From positions 96,001 through 160,000 of the IMG/VR virus record IMGVR_UViG_3300037225_000932: a stretch of 64,000 nucleotides of DNA; one strand, written 5' to 3'. Under the pieces are notes generated by a model. It was not told the DNA's origin. It did no database searches and was given only the letters and a program-made list of their open reading frames with translations. The stretch comes from a virus. The translations under genes were made by a program, and so were the position numbers. This document shows positions 62,564 to 64,000 of the stretch, one piece after another (position 1 is the stretch's first letter; the number at the start of each line of letters is the position of its first letter).

Positions 62564-62917
62564 TCAGGGCAAAAAATTAGCACATGGGCCGTAAACCGAG
62601 ATTAGTATATCACAAAACTCTTTATCTTGATAGTCAAGCTGATTATACCACTTTATAGCAGTCGTTATTTTATCTTGTCTTTTTTGTTCTTCTTTTTCTT
62701 GTTCTGAATATATAATTTTAGCATCAGAAAAAAGAGACATAACAAGAACAAAATGATACGCTTCTTGATCTTCATAAACTAATATAGTGGGATATTTATT
62801 GCTAATAATACTATCTATGAATGCTGCCGCTTTTAATAGTGACATATTTAACTTATTTTTCGCAGCAGAAATAGCTTGTTTGCGATTATTTATTGACGAA
62901 ATAAGAATACTTCTCAT
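62564..62917 (-). CDS. Hypothetical protein with an N-terminal bL12-CTD-like segment (weak)
   Basis: NRKQAISAAKNKLNMSLLKAAAFID. Confidence 0.4.
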   Translation of the reverse strand: MRSILISSINNRKQAISAAKNKLNMSLLKAAAFIDSIISNKYPTILVYEDQEAYHFVLVMSLFSDAKIIYSEQEKEEQKRQDKITTAIKWYNQLDYQDKEFCDILISVYGPCANFLP

Positions 62918-63333
62918 TCTATATCCCTTTTAGTAGGTTTTTCACCAAAGAAATAAGAACATAAAACAAAAATACCACTACAAATAAAACACAAAACAAA
63001 CTCATTAAACTTATTTCCACCAGCAAAATCTTCACCAGCCTTAAAAACTCCCCAAACACCAAAAAGACAAGCAACAAAAGCGTATAAGACACTTAAAATT
63101 GAATGTGCTGATTTCATTTCTTATTCCTCATTTTTTTCTTTTTCTTTTTCTTTAGTGTCACAATAATCGACAAGCATGAGGGCTAAACCATAAATACCAA
63201 TTCCAAGACAGATAGCGACTGCTTCCATAGCATTATACATGCTTTTTTCTGGACTTTCAAAATTAGGCAGCAAGAGCTACGAAAGCAATAAAAACCAGAT
63301 AAACAATAGATAAAACAACAATAGTCCAAAGTT

Positions 63334-63771
63334 TCATTTTAATTCTTCTCTAATTTTCATAAGTAATTTGCCAAGCAAATTTTTGCCTTTAGGATTACCT
63401 GTCGGACAACATCCCCAAGTATTATCATCCCAATCATTTCCTTCTTCCAAATACGCATCTCTGGTATCTAAGAGTTTTTTCTTTAATACTGGATCTTTAA
63501 ACTTTTCTCTTAAAAGAACTTCCATTACAATTTCTTTAATTAGTTCCCAGTCAGGTCGGCATTGTCCTAAAATCTTTCCATAAAACTTTGCTTTTCCGCA
63601 AGTTTTAGCAGTTCTAATCTTTTCTTTTAGTGTTGGATCATCGAATTTCGCTGACTGATAAGCATGTTCAGTGGAAGGATATTCAAGTCCATCATAAATA
63701 ACAGAGTGCATATAGAAATTAGAAAGAAATCTATATGGTCCGTTAAAAGAGTTAATTGGGCTACCTTTCAT
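63334..63771 (-). CDS. NADAR (YbiA-like) family protein
   Basis: FLSNFY, STEHAYQSAKF, W...K..VM...L..KF, D..WG and G.NLLGKLLM.IR motifs. Confidence 0.9.
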   Translation of the reverse strand: MKGSPINSFNGPYRFLSNFYMHSVIYDGLEYPSTEHAYQSAKFDDPTLKEKIRTAKTCGKAKFYGKILGQCRPDWELIKEIVMEVLLREKFKDPVLKKKLLDTRDAYLEEGNDWDDNTWGCCPTGNPKGKNLLGKLLMKIREELK

Positions 63772-64000
63772 TGCTTTTTTCTTTCATATCTAAAAGAATA
63801 GCAAGACAATTAATGTCTTGATATTCTTCTGTGTCTTTAATTTCTGCTAATTTTTTACAAAAAAGTACTACAGCAGGAAGACCCCACATTCTTAATTGAG
63901 CAGCAACCTTAATACGATTACCATTTAACCAACTTTCAATAAGAACATCAAGCTTTTTATCGAAAACTTCTTTAGTCGCTTTGGTAAAATTGTAATCCAT
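63761..64000 (-). CDS. Hypothetical protein (may extend beyond the window)
   Basis: ORF overlapping the NADAR start. Confidence 0.5.
   Translation of the reverse strand: MDYNFTKATKEVFDKKLDVLIESWLNGNRIKVAAQLRMWGLPAVVLFCKKLAEIKDTEEYQDINCLAILLDMKEKSNER

Larger units (their letters stand above)
16895..62570 (-). promoter_or_regulatory. Dispersed bipartite promoter motif CCCTGA-N10-12-AAGTTCTAA (about 65 close copies plus variants) heading minus-strand cassettes
   Basis: Appears on the + strand as ttagaactt...tcaggg (e.g. 20332-20358, 24543-24568, 60732-60757). Lies upstream of ORFs or RNAs, and at least 11 ORFs start exactly 6 nt after TTCTAA. Confidence 0.85.

Noticed and set aside
16895-62570. 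CRISPR array or classical integron attC array
   Set aside because: The repeats are degenerate and bipartite, spaced 130 to more than 2000 bp apart around whole genes, lack attC-like hairpins, and no cas or integrase gene is visible. The fixed spacing to ATGs fits promoters.
16895-62570. Plus-strand sigmaE-type promoter (GAACTT -35 box)
   Set aside because: There are no credible plus-strand genes downstream; ORFs, RBSs and the 6-nt ATG spacing all follow the minus orientation.
16768-63583. Most plus-strand ORFs in the ORF track within the array (e.g. 17263-17754, 22438-22965, 35881-36357, 50468-50761)
   Set aside because: They are antisense shadows of better-supported minus-strand genes or RNAs, without RBS or promoter. 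Only the HNH at 39841 is accepted.

Overview
This window looks like part of a large AT-rich bacteriophage (jumbo/huge-phage-like) genome. A Planctomycetota/PVC-type host is inferred from a PEP-CTERM gene and a planctomycete-style secreted protein; this is not proven. No capsid, terminase, polymerase or integrase gene was recognised. Bases 1-16.5 kb hold medium to large genes on both strands: GHKL ATPase-zincin fusion, SGNH hydrolase, glycosyltransferase, two DNA methyltransferases, patatin, ART-like protein, PAS and OGFr-like domains. Bases 16.9-64 kb form an almost purely minus-strand array of more than 100 small genes built as cassettes. Each cassette is headed by a non-sigma70 bipartite promoter-like motif (CCCTGA-N10-12-AAGTTCTAA, about 65 copies counted by eye), often preceded by a terminator and a TTTTTGCGCAAAAA palindrome. 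Many cassettes carry structured non-coding RNAs instead of ORFs. The highlights are: (i) a ~200-nt RNA reproducing the 23S rRNA uL11-binding GTPase-associated centre (H43/H44) with a ~140-nt structured insertion, in a region that also encodes bL12-CTD-like proteins; (ii) a three-member three-way-junction RNA family with a fully covarying loop-linker pairing, two members carrying a degenerate tRNA-Glu-like domain; (iii) a two-member pseudoknot RNA family. Three tRNAs (Ile-UAU, Lys-UUU, Glu-UUC) and RNA-repair and ADP-ribose-related genes are also present. Several frameshifts fall in homopolymers and may be assembly errors. All calls were made by eye without database searches.
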